Origin: an uncultured Thermoplasmata archaeon
GTDB taxonomy: Archaea; Thermoplasmatota; Thermoplasmata; UBA10834
Direction of reading: 5' to 3'
DNA length: 64,000 bases
Assembly (NCBI GenBank): GCA_963719945.1
Contig: CAVRDX010000001.1
Coordinates: 448,001-512,000, forward strand
This document shows, piece after piece, positions 48,834 through 59,401 of this stretch. Under the pieces are notes generated by a model, which did not search any database, was not told the origin of the DNA, and saw only the letters and a program-made list of their open reading frames with translations. Position numbers and translations under genes: made by a program. Within the stretch, counting starts at the first letter, position 1. Every line of letters begins with the position of its first letter.

Positions 48834-49609
48834 TCAAGGGAAGGTGCGTCAGAGCTGGTCTCGCAAAGGGCCCAGTACTGGCTTGCAGCACTCCTCTGTC
48901 TTTCCTCGGAGGAGTGGACCCAAAGACGGGCAGGATTCTTGATCCAGAATGCGAATGCAGGGGGAAGAGCGTGTCAAAGACCGTACTGGCATTTCCCTAT
49001 GGTAAGGGCAGCACGGTCGGATCCTATTCCATGTATCAGCTAAAGATCAAGAATGCATCCCCAGCTGCGATAATCAACACGACTGCCGAGCCAATTGTGG
49101 CTACAGGAGCAATAATCGCGAGCATCCCGATGATGGATGGTATCGATATATCTCTGTTGAGGACCTCAGACCAAGCTATAGTGGATGCCAAGTCAGGGAC
49201 TCTGGAGCTGAAGAATGTGGAGGAGAAGCAAGTCGTCACGAACATACTCCGACACAAAGGGAAGATCCTCCTGTTGCAGAGGAGTGCTGAGGTCGGTTCC
49301 TATCGTGGATTATGGGCCGGGGTTTCAGGATTCATAGAACCGGGAGAGGATCCCAAGATTGCCGCCAAGCGTGAATTGGACGAAGAGGTCTCTCTGAAGA
49401 ACGCTAGAATGGCTCGCTCCATTGATCCTCAGAGCTTCAGAGATGGCGACATCGTGTGGACCGTGCACTCGTTCCTTTTCGATGTGCGCGAGCCTCAGAT
49501 ATCGATAGATTGGGAGCACCAGGGATATGAATGGGTATCTCCGGAAGACGTGGGCAGGTTCCATACAGTCCCTGGATTGCAGAAGATCGTCTGCAAGCTG
49601 CTGTCCTGA
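48827..49609 (+). CDS. aconitase X small subunit (DUF126) fused to a Nudix hydrolase; apparent ACG start
   Basis: IIKGR...LSFLGGVDPKTG...GKGSTVGSY (DUF126), then GFIEPGEDPKIAAKRELDEEVS (Nudix box); GGAGG 7 nt before the ACG. Confidence 0.82.
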   Translation, partial: TIIKGRCVRAGLAKGPVLACSTPLSFLGGVDPKTGRILDPECECRGKSVSKTVLAFPYGKGSTVGSYSMYQLKIKNASPAAIINTTAEPIVATGAIIASIPMMDGIDISLLRTSDQAIVDAKSGTLELKNVEEKQVVTNILRHKGKILLLQRSAEVGSYRGLWAGVSGFIEPGEDPKIAAKRELDEEVSLKNARMARSIDPQSFRDGDIVWTVHSFLFDVREPQISIDWEHQGYEWVSPEDVGRFHTVPGLQKIVCKLLS

Positions 49610-49615
49610 GCAGGC

Positions 49616-52600
49616 TCATCCGGTTATGGTGTAGTCTACCTCTCGCTCCAACAGATTGAGCTGATGGCTCTCGAGCGTCGACTTGTTCACTGCCATGAGC
49701 AGTATGGACTGGTTGATCGCGACCTGGTCCCTCAGAGACTGTATCAGCCTCAGCACGGTTATGAAGTTGTTATTGGTGATGAGGTATTCAAGGCCATCCA
49801 GTAGCACTATGCCTCCTCCCGGTTGTGAGAGGAATTGCTCGAGTGAGACGCTCAGCTTCTCAAGGTCCTTCGGTCTGATGGCGTTCTCACGGCCCACATT
49901 CGAGAGCCACACCAATGGCGTGTCCTTGAGGTCGAATTTGGTGCGTATCTTCGCTGGGTAGTTCCTCGTCACGCAGTATCCCTTCATGCCCTTCTTGAGC
50001 GAGCTTACGAACAGACTGTACGATGTCTCCGGTCTGTCCTCTTCGACGAGGTATGAGAATGACCTCTCGAGGTCGCTCACACCTTGCTTGATCTTCTGGG
50101 CGGGGACCTGAGTCGCTCCACCTGAATCGGTGGAACTCATGAATGCGTCCAACAATTGGGTTGCGGCATCGAGCGTTATCCCGACGACCTTCATCATATC
50201 ATCGACAGAAGCGTTTCTGATGGATTGCTCGGACACGAAACCTGCCTTGTACAATCCCTCCGCAAGGGATGGCGTGATGCCAGGAATGGTCTTCAATCGC
50301 GCCATGAACTCATTCTGGGACGGAGCTGTCGGCGCATCGATAGGTGCGACACTTGGAGTTGGCTTCTCTGCGGGGACGGGTTCTGCCGGTACGACCGCAT
50401 TTAGATGGTCATGGATCCTTCTGGCATCGGAGTTGGTGATGCCATCGATCGAGGCTATGTCCTGGATCGTCGCGTTCTTGAGGGCATCAATTGTCGTGTA
50501 GCCATGATCGAAGATCTTGAGCGCCTTGTCCGCGGTCATGCCAGGGATGGCTCCCAGTTCGTCCAATGCCTTCTTCATCTTCAGTGAGGTTATGCCAATC
50601 AGGAGCGGTTCGTTCGAGACATTCCATTCGACGATGTATTCCCCTCTGGGTGAATTGGCGACCTCAAGCCTCTTCGCTCTGGTCTCCTTTGAGATATGGT
50701 CCTTCCAGGTCTCTATCGCGTTCTCGATCTTGCGCGAACATTCTATCTCTACCCTTATGAATTCCTCTACATTGAGGCCCATATCCTTTCTCATCTGCTG
50801 TATCCTTCTGATGGTCTCCCTCGCGAACCCCTCCGCTTCCAGAGCGGGGGTCTCTTCGAGGTCGACGTAGAACAGACCCTTTGAGAACTCTGAGCTCACA
50901 ACATCTGGTGGGAGCGTCGATGTGAAAGACACCATGTTCGGAAGGATCTTCACGAGCTGCCCTTCGATACCGAGTGAATACTCGCCCTTGTCGATACCGG
51001 CTTTGATCGACTTCGCAGGCCTGTTCTTGAGAAGAACCGCGATCTTGCTAGACCACTGACGATAGACCTTTCCTATCGCGTTGGGGTTTGGCACGACGCT
51101 CAGGACCATCTCGTCCCATTCCTCGCCGACTGGCACGACATGCATATCCTTGATATTGTTCTGAGACAGGATGACATTCTTGAGCTGTATCAGCGCGTCA
51201 GCGACATCATCATTCTGGGGCTTGATGATGATCCGCTTCAAAGGCCATCGTAGGTTGACATTCGCCTCTTGGCGTATGCGGGCGATCACCTCGGACATTT
51301 CCCTCACCAGGTTCATGCCCTCCTCCAATCCCTCATCGATCCAGCTTGGATCATGTGTCGGCCATTGAGCCATATGCACGCTCTCTGCCCTTGAGTGGAG
51401 GTTAGTATAGATCGCTTCGCAAACATGAGGTGCTATCGGAGCGAGCATTGTTGCAGATGAAGACAACGCCTCGTGCAATACTTTGAACGCAGCGGTCTTG
51501 TCTCTGTCATCTCCCTCCTTCCAGAGTCTATCCCTGACAACCTTGACGTACCAGCGTGAGAGGTCGGTCACTATGAAGTCCTCGATTATCCTGGCTGCTC
51601 GGTGCACCTCGTATATCTCCATCGCCTGTGTAAAGTCCCTCTTCATCGACTCTATTCGAGAGAGCATCCATCGGTCCTCTGGCCTGAATGTCTCCCTCAG
51701 GGATTGTATCCGCCATTGTGATTCGTCGAATTTGTCTATTGACATGTACAGTACTGCGAATTTGTAGACGTTCCACAGGATGTTTATCGTCCTGTTGGCA
51801 GCTTTTACGCCCTCATTCTGGAAGAGTATGTCTTCCCAAGGGGCGTTGGCCTTCAGGAGATATAGTCTAAGCGAATCCGCGCCGAGTGTGTTCACGGTGC
51901 CTATGGGATCTATTGCTGTGCCCTCGCTCTTGGACATGGCCTCTCCCTGGGGCGTGAGCGCCCAGCCGTGCATGAGGACAGAATTGTACGGGGACCTGCC
52001 AAATGCCACGACTCCCGTCACTAACTGAGAGTAGAACCATCCTCTGGTCTGATCATGGGCCTCTGTGACCCACTCGCTTGGCCACCATTTGTCGAAGTCA
52101 TCCTTGCTCGCAGGGTATCCCAACGAAGCCCAAGAACAGACTCCCGCATCGAACCAGACATCCAGGACATCTGGTGTTCGGGTCATGGTCTGACCACACT
52201 TCTCGCAGTCATATGTGATGCTATCGATCCAGGGCCGATGGACATCCATGCCATCGACGTATCCCTTGCCAGACTTGAGCTCCTCTGTAGATGAGATTAC
52301 CTTCACATTACCGCATGCACATCTCCAGATAGGAACGGGCGTACCCCAGTACCTCTGCCGGCTGATGCACCAGTCTCTCGCATTGGATATCCAATCCTTC
52401 TCTCTGGATGAGCCAGCCCAGTCGGGGTACCACTTGATCTGTTCGTTGGCAGCTTCGAGCTGATCTCTTATCTCGGTGACCTTGAGGAACCATTGCTCGG
52501 TGATTCTGTATATGATCGGCCTCTTGCATCGCCAGCAGTGCCCGTATCTGTGCGTGATCTGTCCTTCATGGAACATGGCACCTCTGTCGACGAGGTCTGA

Positions 52601-53734
52601 TTTGATGAGGTCATTTGATTCCTTGACATTCTTCCCCGCATACCTCTCACCGACATCATCGGTGTACGATCCCATCTCATCCACGGGTGAGAATGGTTCG
52701 ATATCGTGAGCGATGCCTATGTCGAAGTCATCAGGGCCATGTCCTGGAGCTATGTGTACAATGCCCGTGCTCTCAGCGGTCACAGTCTCAGAAGGTACGA
52801 TCGCATGGACCCATTCGCCCTTTATCTGCTGCTGATATGGGACCACATCGGCCAGTGGGTGTCTGTAGTGCAAGCCCAGTAGATCGGCACCCTTCATCGT
52901 TTCGAGGATCTTTAGTTCCTCAATCCCAGCCGTCTTCCTCAGCTCTTCTACCTTCTCTTCGAGGAATATCAACTTCTCCTCTGTTCCTCCCCGACTCACC
53001 CATACCTTCGCGTATGTGAAATCGGGGTGGACGGCTGCAGCTAGGTTTCCGGGAATCGTCCAGGGAGTCGTCGTCCATATGAGTAGGTACTCATCCTCCG
53101 TCCCTTCGATCCTGAATTTGACGTATATTGATGGATCAGTCTCGTCCCAATATTCTATCTCGGCCTCTGCAAGGGCCGTCTGGCATCGCGGGCACCATGG
53201 TAGGACCCTCAGGTCCGTTGTCAAGAGCTTCTTATCATGAGCCTGCTTCAATGTCCACCAGACCGATCCGATATATGATGGGTTGACCGTGAGGTAAGGA
53301 TTATCCCAGTCCATCCACACGCCGAGCATCTTGAACTCGTCGGTCATCTTTGATTTGAACTTGGTTGCGAACTCGCGGCATGTGTTCACGAACTTGTCAA
53401 TGCCGTGCTCTTCTATGTCCTTCTTGTTCTTCATGGCGAGGGATTGCTCTACCTTGACCTCGATGGGGAGTCCATGCATATCATAGCCTGGCTGGTCCCT
53501 TACCTGGAATCCTTGCATCCTCCGGAACCTGATGTAGGTGTCCTTCAGGATCTTGTTCCATGCAGTACCGATGTGAATCGAGCCCGTCGTATAGGGCGGG
53601 CCGTCGAGGAAGTAATAAGGCTTGCCTGACTCGCGAGCCTTCTTCACTTTCTCGTAGATCCGAGTACGGTCCCACTGCGCCTTAATTTCTTTCTCAAGCT
53701 GGACAGGGGAGTAATTCTCGTCTACTTGACGCAT
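49616..53734 (-). CDS. ileS: isoleucine--tRNA ligase with C-terminal HhH repeats and a DUF835 domain
   Basis: DGPPY..HIGT, WTTTPWT, DWCISRQRYWG, AMSKS; extension with IPG HhH repeats and LLDGLEYLITNNNF. Confidence 0.95.
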   Translation of the reverse strand: MRQVDENYSPVQLEKEIKAQWDRTRIYEKVKKARESGKPYYFLDGPPYTTGSIHIGTAWNKILKDTYIRFRRMQGFQVRDQPGYDMHGLPIEVKVEQSLAMKNKKDIEEHGIDKFVNTCREFATKFKSKMTDEFKMLGVWMDWDNPYLTVNPSYIGSVWWTLKQAHDKKLLTTDLRVLPWCPRCQTALAEAEIEYWDETDPSIYVKFRIEGTEDEYLLIWTTTPWTIPGNLAAAVHPDFTYAKVWVSRGGTEEKLIFLEEKVEELRKTAGIEELKILETMKGADLLGLHYRHPLADVVPYQQQIKGEWVHAIVPSETVTAESTGIVHIAPGHGPDDFDIGIAHDIEPFSPVDEMGSYTDDVGERYAGKNVKESNDLIKSDLVDRGAMFHEGQITHRYGHCWRCKRPIIYRITEQWFLKVTEIRDQLEAANEQIKWYPDWAGSSREKDWISNARDWCISRQRYWGTPVPIWRCACGNVKVISSTEELKSGKGYVDGMDVHRPWIDSITYDCEKCGQTMTRTPDVLDVWFDAGVCSWASLGYPASKDDFDKWWPSEWVTEAHDQTRGWFYSQLVTGVVAFGRSPYNSVLMHGWALTPQGEAMSKSEGTAIDPIGTVNTLGADSLRLYLLKANAPWEDILFQNEGVKAANRTINILWNVYKFAVLYMSIDKFDESQWRIQSLRETFRPEDRWMLSRIESMKRDFTQAMEIYEVHRAARIIEDFIVTDLSRWYVKVVRDRLWKEGDDRDKTAAFKVLHEALSSSATMLAPIAPHVCEAIYTNLHSRAESVHMAQWPTHDPSWIDEGLEEGMNLVREMSEVIARIRQEANVNLRWPLKRIIIKPQNDDVADALIQLKNVILSQNNIKDMHVVPVGEEWDEMVLSVVPNPNAIGKVYRQWSSKIAVLLKNRPAKSIKAGIDKGEYSLGIEGQLVKILPNMVSFTSTLPPDVVSSEFSKGLFYVDLEETPALEAEGFARETIRRIQQMRKDMGLNVEEFIRVEIECSRKIENAIETWKDHISKETRAKRLEVANSPRGEYIVEWNVSNEPLLIGITSLKMKKALDELGAIPGMTADKALKIFDHGYTTIDALKNATIQDIASIDGITNSDARRIHDHLNAVVPAEPVPAEKPTPSVAPIDAPTAPSQNEFMARLKTIPGITPSLAEGLYKAGFVSEQSIRNASVDDMMKVVGITLDAATQLLDAFMSSTDSGGATQVPAQKIKQGVSDLERSFSYLVEEDRPETSYSLFVSSLKKGMKGYCVTRNYPAKIRTKFDLKDTPLVWLSNVGRENAIRPKDLEKLSVSLEQFLSQPGGGIVLLDGLEYLITNNNFITVLRLIQSLRDQVAINQSILLMAVNKSTLESHQLNLLEREVDYTITG

Positions 53735-53832
53735 GATCCATCTTCCTTTGAACCATATTGATGCGAGGTATTTTAAATATGATGGACAGAGAATCGCATA
53801 TTGACTTCAGGAAGATATCGCTGCAAAGGGGA

Positions 53833-54852
53833 TCAACCCCATTGGTCCAGGCTCCTCTGGTTGGATGATTTCTCGGCCAAATCGAGCTTTCCGAGTATCG
53901 CATCTATCCTGTCCACCGAGAATCCATGCGTGTCGCACATCAGCCTGCGGATCCCTTCAGCATCCATGGCATTCCAATTGAGGATATAATCGTCTGTGGT
54001 TGGTGGATCGAGGAATATCTTCCGGATAGCACGGTAATCTGTCGGGATATCGACCTTTCCCTCGGATGCGAGCGATTCGAGGCTTCCCGTTCTCTTTATG
54101 GACATCAGTGCTCGCTTCGGTCCAATACCATGCACTCCATCATTGAAATCGGTCCCAATCAGAATGGCCATGTCAACCAATTGTTCCCTCGTCACTTCGA
54201 GCGTGGATAGCACTTCGCCCAAGCTAAGGATCTCTGGGACAACATCCTGGAATTTGCCTGAAGGGAGGCGTCTTCTGCCAGCAAGCGTAAGGTTCCTCAG
54301 AAGGGTGGAAGTGCCAAATAGAAGGGCATCGAAATCCTGGGACGCACCCGCCCAGACATCCCCCTTCTGGACCATGTATGCCATCTGAGCCTCTCCCTCG
54401 CTCGGCGCGTCTATGGTTGGGATACCCATGAGCTGCAAGAGCGACTTGGATTCTGTTATCATATCCTTGTCTAGTCGAGATGACCTCGATGCAAGGGATA
54501 AGGCCCTCTTCTGGTCCCCTCGCTCAAGGGCCAGTTTCCATTCCTTCTCGGCATCTTCTCGGATTGCACGCCTCGCTTCGATCGTCTTTCGCTTGAGTTC
54601 GGGAGGCGTGCCATCGAATACGAATGCAGGGCGAAGGCCGAATTGCATCAGGCTCGAAGTCCTGTAGAACAATCCTGACAGATGGGAGGTGACTCGCCCA
54701 TCTCTATCCATCAGTGGTGTGCCGTCAGGCTGGCGTATGCTCGATAGGAATTGATAGATGGTATTGAACGCGTCTATGGCTACAGTCCTTCCCGCCAGGT
54801 CTTCCAGCTTGACGGGCTTGCCTCGTAATAGGGCGGATATGTCCACTCCCAT
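53833..54852 (-). CDS. fen: flap endonuclease 1
   Basis: YQFLSSIRQPDG, APSEGEAQ, SQDFD, GTDFN..GIGPK, C-terminal PIP box QRSLDQW. Confidence 0.97.
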   Translation of the reverse strand: MGVDISALLRGKPVKLEDLAGRTVAIDAFNTIYQFLSSIRQPDGTPLMDRDGRVTSHLSGLFYRTSSLMQFGLRPAFVFDGTPPELKRKTIEARRAIREDAEKEWKLALERGDQKRALSLASRSSRLDKDMITESKSLLQLMGIPTIDAPSEGEAQMAYMVQKGDVWAGASQDFDALLFGTSTLLRNLTLAGRRRLPSGKFQDVVPEILSLGEVLSTLEVTREQLVDMAILIGTDFNDGVHGIGPKRALMSIKRTGSLESLASEGKVDIPTDYRAIRKIFLDPPTTDDYILNWNAMDAEGIRRLMCDTHGFSVDRIDAILGKLDLAEKSSNQRSLDQWG

Positions 54853-54903
54853 GGTACCGGAACCTCATAGGTCGCTTATCGACTGCCTGATAGACGAATC
54901 CTT

Positions 54904-55092
54904 CTATCGAGACGAGCCGTTATCGTCCGACATCGGCACGAAGAATATCATGAATGCCACTCCCAGCCAGACGATTGTTATGATGATCAGGACCACGCTA
55001 GCGCCGAAGACAATACCCATCGCAAGGAGTAGCAGCGGCAGCCCGAATGTCAAATAGCTCAGTATCGGATGTTGAGACAGTCTCTCAGCCAT
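54904..55092 (-). CDS. small two-TM membrane protein
   Basis: 62 aa; GGTGA SD. Confidence 0.6.
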   Translation of the reverse strand: MAERLSQHPILSYLTFGLPLLLLAMGIVFGASVVLIIITIVWLGVAFMIFFVPMSDDNGSSR

Positions 55093-55125
55093 GGTCTATC
55101 GTCACCTTGAACGACACGTGGGCTA

Positions 55126-55800
55126 TTAATGCTTCGACGAGCCGCAGGCCCTAAGCGTCCTTATGGCAGCAGGCATGTCATCTGCCTTGAATACATAGGT
55201 GCCAGCAGCCAGTATGTCTGCACCTGCAAGAGCCGCCAATTCACCGGTCTTGTCGGTTATACCGCCATCAATCTCTACTGGGACGGACGACCCCTGGCGC
55301 TCCATCTCGCTCTTCGCGATGCCAATCTTGGGCAATGACGATTCCATGAACGATTGTCCACCGAATCCTGGGTTGACGGACATTATCAGCAGGAGGTCGA
55401 TCTCCCTGAGATAAGGAAATGAACGCTCTATGGGTGTTGGAGGATTCACTGCCAGGGCGGCTTTCTTGCCATGGTCACGTATTGACCTCAGGGTCTTGAC
55501 AAGGTCTTGCTCTGCCTCTATATGGACCTCTATGATGTCCGAACCACTATCCGCGAATGCCTTGATGTGCCGTTCTGGATGAGTTATCATCAGATGGGCA
55601 ATGAATGGGAGCTTCGAATATTCCCTTATGCTGGACACAGTCGATGGTCCCATCGTTATGTTTGGTACGAAGACACCGTCCATGACATCGATATGTATGT
55701 AATCGGCGCCAGCGAGCGAAACCCTTGCGACATCCTCACCCAATCTCGCGAAATCTGCGGCTAGAATTGATGGTGCTACTGATGGCATTGACTCGCTCAT
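55126..55800 (-). CDS. rpe: ribulose-phosphate 3-epimerase
   Basis: APSILAADF, HIDVMDGVFVPN, MSVNPGFGGQ, EIDGGI. Confidence 0.96.
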   Translation of the reverse strand: MSESMPSVAPSILAADFARLGEDVARVSLAGADYIHIDVMDGVFVPNITMGPSTVSSIREYSKLPFIAHLMITHPERHIKAFADSGSDIIEVHIEAEQDLVKTLRSIRDHGKKAALAVNPPTPIERSFPYLREIDLLLIMSVNPGFGGQSFMESSLPKIGIAKSEMERQGSSVPVEIDGGITDKTGELAALAGADILAAGTYVFKADDMPAAIRTLRACGSSKH

Positions 55801-55880
55801 GAGCGAACTTCGTATTATGGGTTTTGGTGTCTTCCCGTGATAGTGCGAGCTTATTTGTAGTTCCTGATAAATTAACTGAC

Positions 55881-56099
55881 ATGGCCGAGCCAAAGCATGC
55901 GATATCAAAGGCTGCGACTTGCGATATAGAGGGATGCGACGGGGAATCGACCAGATCCATCTCGGGCAAGAAGGTCGAGAAGGCGGGCTTCAAGATCAAG
56001 GTCGACCCCTCAAAGAACGCTCATCTGTGCAAGGAGCATTACAGGCAGTTCAAGAAGAAGACCAAGACCGACAGGGAGTACGAACGACTGGGCAGGTAA
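55881..56099 (+). CDS. small zinc-finger protein
   Basis: CDIEGC...LCKEHY..FKK; 72 aa. Confidence 0.75.
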   Translation: MAEPKHAISKAATCDIEGCDGESTRSISGKKVEKAGFKIKVDPSKNAHLCKEHYRQFKKKTKTDREYERLGR

Positions 56100-56179
56100 T
56101 CAAAGCCTGCCACCTCTGCAATCAAGTTTTCAGCGTGATATGCAAAAATAGGTAATAGTGAACCCTGATTCGCCCCTTC

Positions 56180-57301
56180 GTGAAGCCAGAGGGCATTCAG
56201 CTTCTATCAAGCGCGGGAGTGTTCGGTCCCGCTATCATTGTCCCCGTCATACTCGCGGACCAGTTCGAGGCGTCTAAGAGTCTGATCGGCCTCATTGCAG
56301 GGCTATATGCCACGGCAGGATTCATATCGACCTATGCGTTCGGACGAGCATCCGACGTCTATGGCCGTCGAAAGATACTCCTCGCCGGGTTGGGGCTGAC
56401 GGTAATCGCCACGATGGCGCAGGCGATGTCCCTCATATACAACAGCTTCGAGGCGTTCGTTTTCGTCAGGATCCTCATAGGTTTCGCTGCAGGCATGTTC
56501 CCCGCAGCACTCCTCGCATATGCATATGATGCCAAGAGCAAGATGGGGAAGTTCAGCTCTTGGGCTGCCGCAGGCTGGGGAATAGGAAATCTGGGCGTTG
56601 GCGTCTTCGGTTCGCTGTACGAATGGGCATATTTCTATTGCGCAGGCATACTGATGGTATCATTCATACTCGCCTTGACGCTGAAATTCGGCAAGGAGTG
56701 CAGGATGGATGTCCCCCTATTCCCCATTGCGCTCATAAAGAGGAACGCGCCAGTCTACTCTGCCATGCTCATAAGGCATACAGGTGCGAACATGATATGG
56801 GTCACATATCCGCTCTTCCTTAAGAGCATCGGCGCAGACATCACATGGATAGGTGCAATATATGCAGTAAATGCCTTTGGCCAGTTCTTCATAATGAATA
56901 TACTCGACAGATATGATCCTGCAGTACTCGTCGCAGTTGGTCTGGGCAGCTCGGCGGTAACATTCTTCGCGTTCCTCTTCGTCGGGACACATTGGCAGAT
57001 TATCCCTGCGCAACTCCTTCTTGCCGCATCCTGGGCATCCCTGTACGTAGGCAGTCTGAGGTATGTGATGGACAAGAACAAGGAGAAGGCCACCGCATCT
57101 GGCATATTATCAAGCGTGATGAGCATATCCGGCATCGCAGGCCCGATCCTAGGTGGCGTGGCAGCGGCTGCCTTGGGGTTCAAGGGGACTATAACTATCG
57201 CATCTATCATGTCCGCAATTGCGCTTATGATATTCATATATGAGCTGCGTGTCTCTGGAGAACTTTATCGCCTGAGACGACTCTTTGGGAGGCCGGCATG
57301 A
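56180..57301 (+). CDS. MFS transporter
   Basis: GRASDVYGRRK motif A; about 12 TM segments. Confidence 0.9.
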   Translation: MKPEGIQLLSSAGVFGPAIIVPVILADQFEASKSLIGLIAGLYATAGFISTYAFGRASDVYGRRKILLAGLGLTVIATMAQAMSLIYNSFEAFVFVRILIGFAAGMFPAALLAYAYDAKSKMGKFSSWAAAGWGIGNLGVGVFGSLYEWAYFYCAGILMVSFILALTLKFGKECRMDVPLFPIALIKRNAPVYSAMLIRHTGANMIWVTYPLFLKSIGADITWIGAIYAVNAFGQFFIMNILDRYDPAVLVAVGLGSSAVTFFAFLFVGTHWQIIPAQLLLAASWASLYVGSLRYVMDKNKEKATASGILSSVMSISGIAGPILGGVAAAALGFKGTITIASIMSAIALMIFIYELRVSGELYRLRRLFGRPA

Positions 57302-58206
57302 AACTGATATTCCTCGGCACCGGTGGCACATATCCGTCGCTCAAGCGAGGCGTAACATCGATTGCGGTTCAGCTCCAATCGGAAGTGCTCCTCCTCGATT
57401 GTGGGGAATGTACGCAACGACAGCTGATGGGTTCATCCGTCTCATTCATGAAGATCTCCAGGATCCTAATCACTCATCTTCACGCGGACCATTTCCTGGG
57501 ATTACCTGGTCTAATACAGAGCATGAGCCTGAACGGCCGAGAAGACAAGCTCACGGTTCTTGGTCCAGAGGGGACCGATGAGATGATGGAGTCAATAATG
57601 AACCTGGGGCATTTCGACTGCGGATATGAAGTCCTATCTCAGGAACTAGCTTCGGGAGACTCGATCGATGTTGAGACCTACCAGATCACTGCCGCTGATG
57701 CAGACCATACCGTCCCTGCTTTGGCCTATTCAATCGAAGAGAAGGCACGTCTCGGTAAATTCTCACTTGACAAGGCTCGCGCTCTCGGGATACCTCCAAG
57801 CGCTCTGTATAGCCGCCTGCAGCGTGGTGAGACCATCGACTACAGAGGGATAGTTATCCGCCCCGAACAGGTGATGGGTGAACCTCGGAGAGGTCGTAAG
57901 ATCGTCTATACTGGCGATACAAGGAAATGCTCCTCGGTCACGGACCTCGCCAAGGCTGCAGACGTCCTCATACATGATGCGACCTTCGATTCGTCCTTTG
58001 AGGATCAGGCCATCAGGTACGGACACTCGACGGCAAGGCAGGCCGCTGAGGTCGCCATCGAGGCGGGGGTAGACCGGCTCTTTCTTGTGCACATCAGTCC
58101 TAGATACGATGACCCCGGCCTGATTGCAGCAGAGGCCATCAAGGTGTTTGCTAGTTCAATGGTCCCCGAGGAATTGTCGGAATATGTGATCGACCTCCCC
58201 GATTGA
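57298..58206 (+). CDS. rnz: ribonuclease Z
   Basis: FLGTGG, DCGE, THLHADH, TGDT, HDATF, GHST, HISPRY. Confidence 0.96.
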   Translation: MKLIFLGTGGTYPSLKRGVTSIAVQLQSEVLLLDCGECTQRQLMGSSVSFMKISRILITHLHADHFLGLPGLIQSMSLNGREDKLTVLGPEGTDEMMESIMNLGHFDCGYEVLSQELASGDSIDVETYQITAADADHTVPALAYSIEEKARLGKFSLDKARALGIPPSALYSRLQRGETIDYRGIVIRPEQVMGEPRRGRKIVYTGDTRKCSSVTDLAKAADVLIHDATFDSSFEDQAIRYGHSTARQAAEVAIEAGVDRLFLVHISPRYDDPGLIAAEAIKVFASSMVPEELSEYVIDLPD

Positions 58207-58429
58207 ATAGTCGGATCTTTCATTCTGAATGTATCCAGCACTTGGTGGACTCGTGAACCTTGCATCTATGTTGGGCATGAACATCCATCGGAGTCGTTTA
58301 GATACGCATTTATAGCAAAATACGATTCACGTGACATCCAGGGATTGAATGGGAACTAGCCTATTGCTACCCTGATATTCCTGTATCCGCTCACAAGCGA
58401 CAACGGACTTAGTTGAGGGGGAACAAGAG

Positions 58430-59395
58430 ATGGCCTTACTAGAAGTCCAAGGGCTAAGGACTTATTTCAAAACGCAAGAAGGAACGCTGAAAGCAGTCGA
58501 TGGTATCGATTTCAACCTGGACAAGGGTCAGGCAATGGGTCTGGCCGGAGAATCAGGTTGTGGAAAAACCACCGCGGCTCTGTCCATCATGAAGCTTCTG
58601 CCAGCAAACGGATATATCGCTGGCGGAAAGATCAATTTCATGGGCCAGGACATGGCAAGGGTCACGGGCGACAAGCTCCGTGCAATCCGGTGGAGGGATA
58701 TTTCCATCATTTTCCAGGGTGCGATGAACGCTCTCAATCCGGTCAAGCGTGTCGGCGAACAGATTGTCGAGCCCATCGTTCTACATGAGAAGGTGGATCA
58801 AGAAGTCGCATTGAAGCGTGTCAAGGAACTCTTCGAGATGGTGGGTATCAACCCGAACAGGATACGGGAATATCCGCATGAGTTCAGCGGCGGTATGCGG
58901 CAGAGGGTCATGATCGCAATGGCTCTTGCATGTAAGCCAAGACTCGTGATCGCAGATGAGCCAACGACCGCACTTGATGTTATGATACAGGCTCAGATCA
59001 TAGCACTTCTGAAGAGCCTTCAGAGGGATCTCGACCTGGCTATGATTGTCATTTCTCACGACTTGTCTGTCCTAGCCGAGACCTGCGACCTCTTGGCAAT
59101 CATGTACGCAGGGAAGATTGTCGAGAAGGCTCCTGCGGAGCAGGTCTTCTATGATCCACAGCATCCATACACCAGGGGACTGATTGCAGCTTTCCCCAAC
59201 ATTCACGGTGAGAAGAAGATGCCTGCATCGATCGCGGGTAACCCACCGAACCTGATCAACCCAACAATCGGCTGCAGGTTCTATGACAGGTGCTTCATGA
59301 AGCAGGACGCCTGTAAGACAAAAGAGCCTCCACTCGTAGAGGTAAAGCCCGGGCACTGGGCTGCATGTCATTTCGTGCCACCGATGAAGGGGTGA
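58430..59395 (+). CDS. oppD: oligopeptide ABC transporter ATP-binding protein
   Basis: [29 protein letters not shown], Cys-rich C-terminus. Confidence 0.94.
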   Translation: MALLEVQGLRTYFKTQEGTLKAVDGIDFNLDKGQAMGLAGESGCGKTTAALSIMKLLPANGYIAGGKINFMGQDMARVTGDKLRAIRWRDISIIFQGAMNALNPVKRVGEQIVEPIVLHEKVDQEVALKRVKELFEMVGINPNRIREYPHEFSGGMRQRVMIAMALACKPRLVIADEPTTALDVMIQAQIIALLKSLQRDLDLAMIVISHDLSVLAETCDLLAIMYAGKIVEKAPAEQVFYDPQHPYTRGLIAAFPNIHGEKKMPASIAGNPPNLINPTIGCRFYDRCFMKQDACKTKEPPLVEVKPGHWAACHFVPPMKG

Positions 59396-59401
59396 TCTGA
59401 G

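Noticed and set aside
58300-58360. Shared regulatory motif between the oppA and oppD leaders (TATAGC, TGAATGGG)
   Set aside because: The matches are short and differently spaced; not distinguishable from chance.
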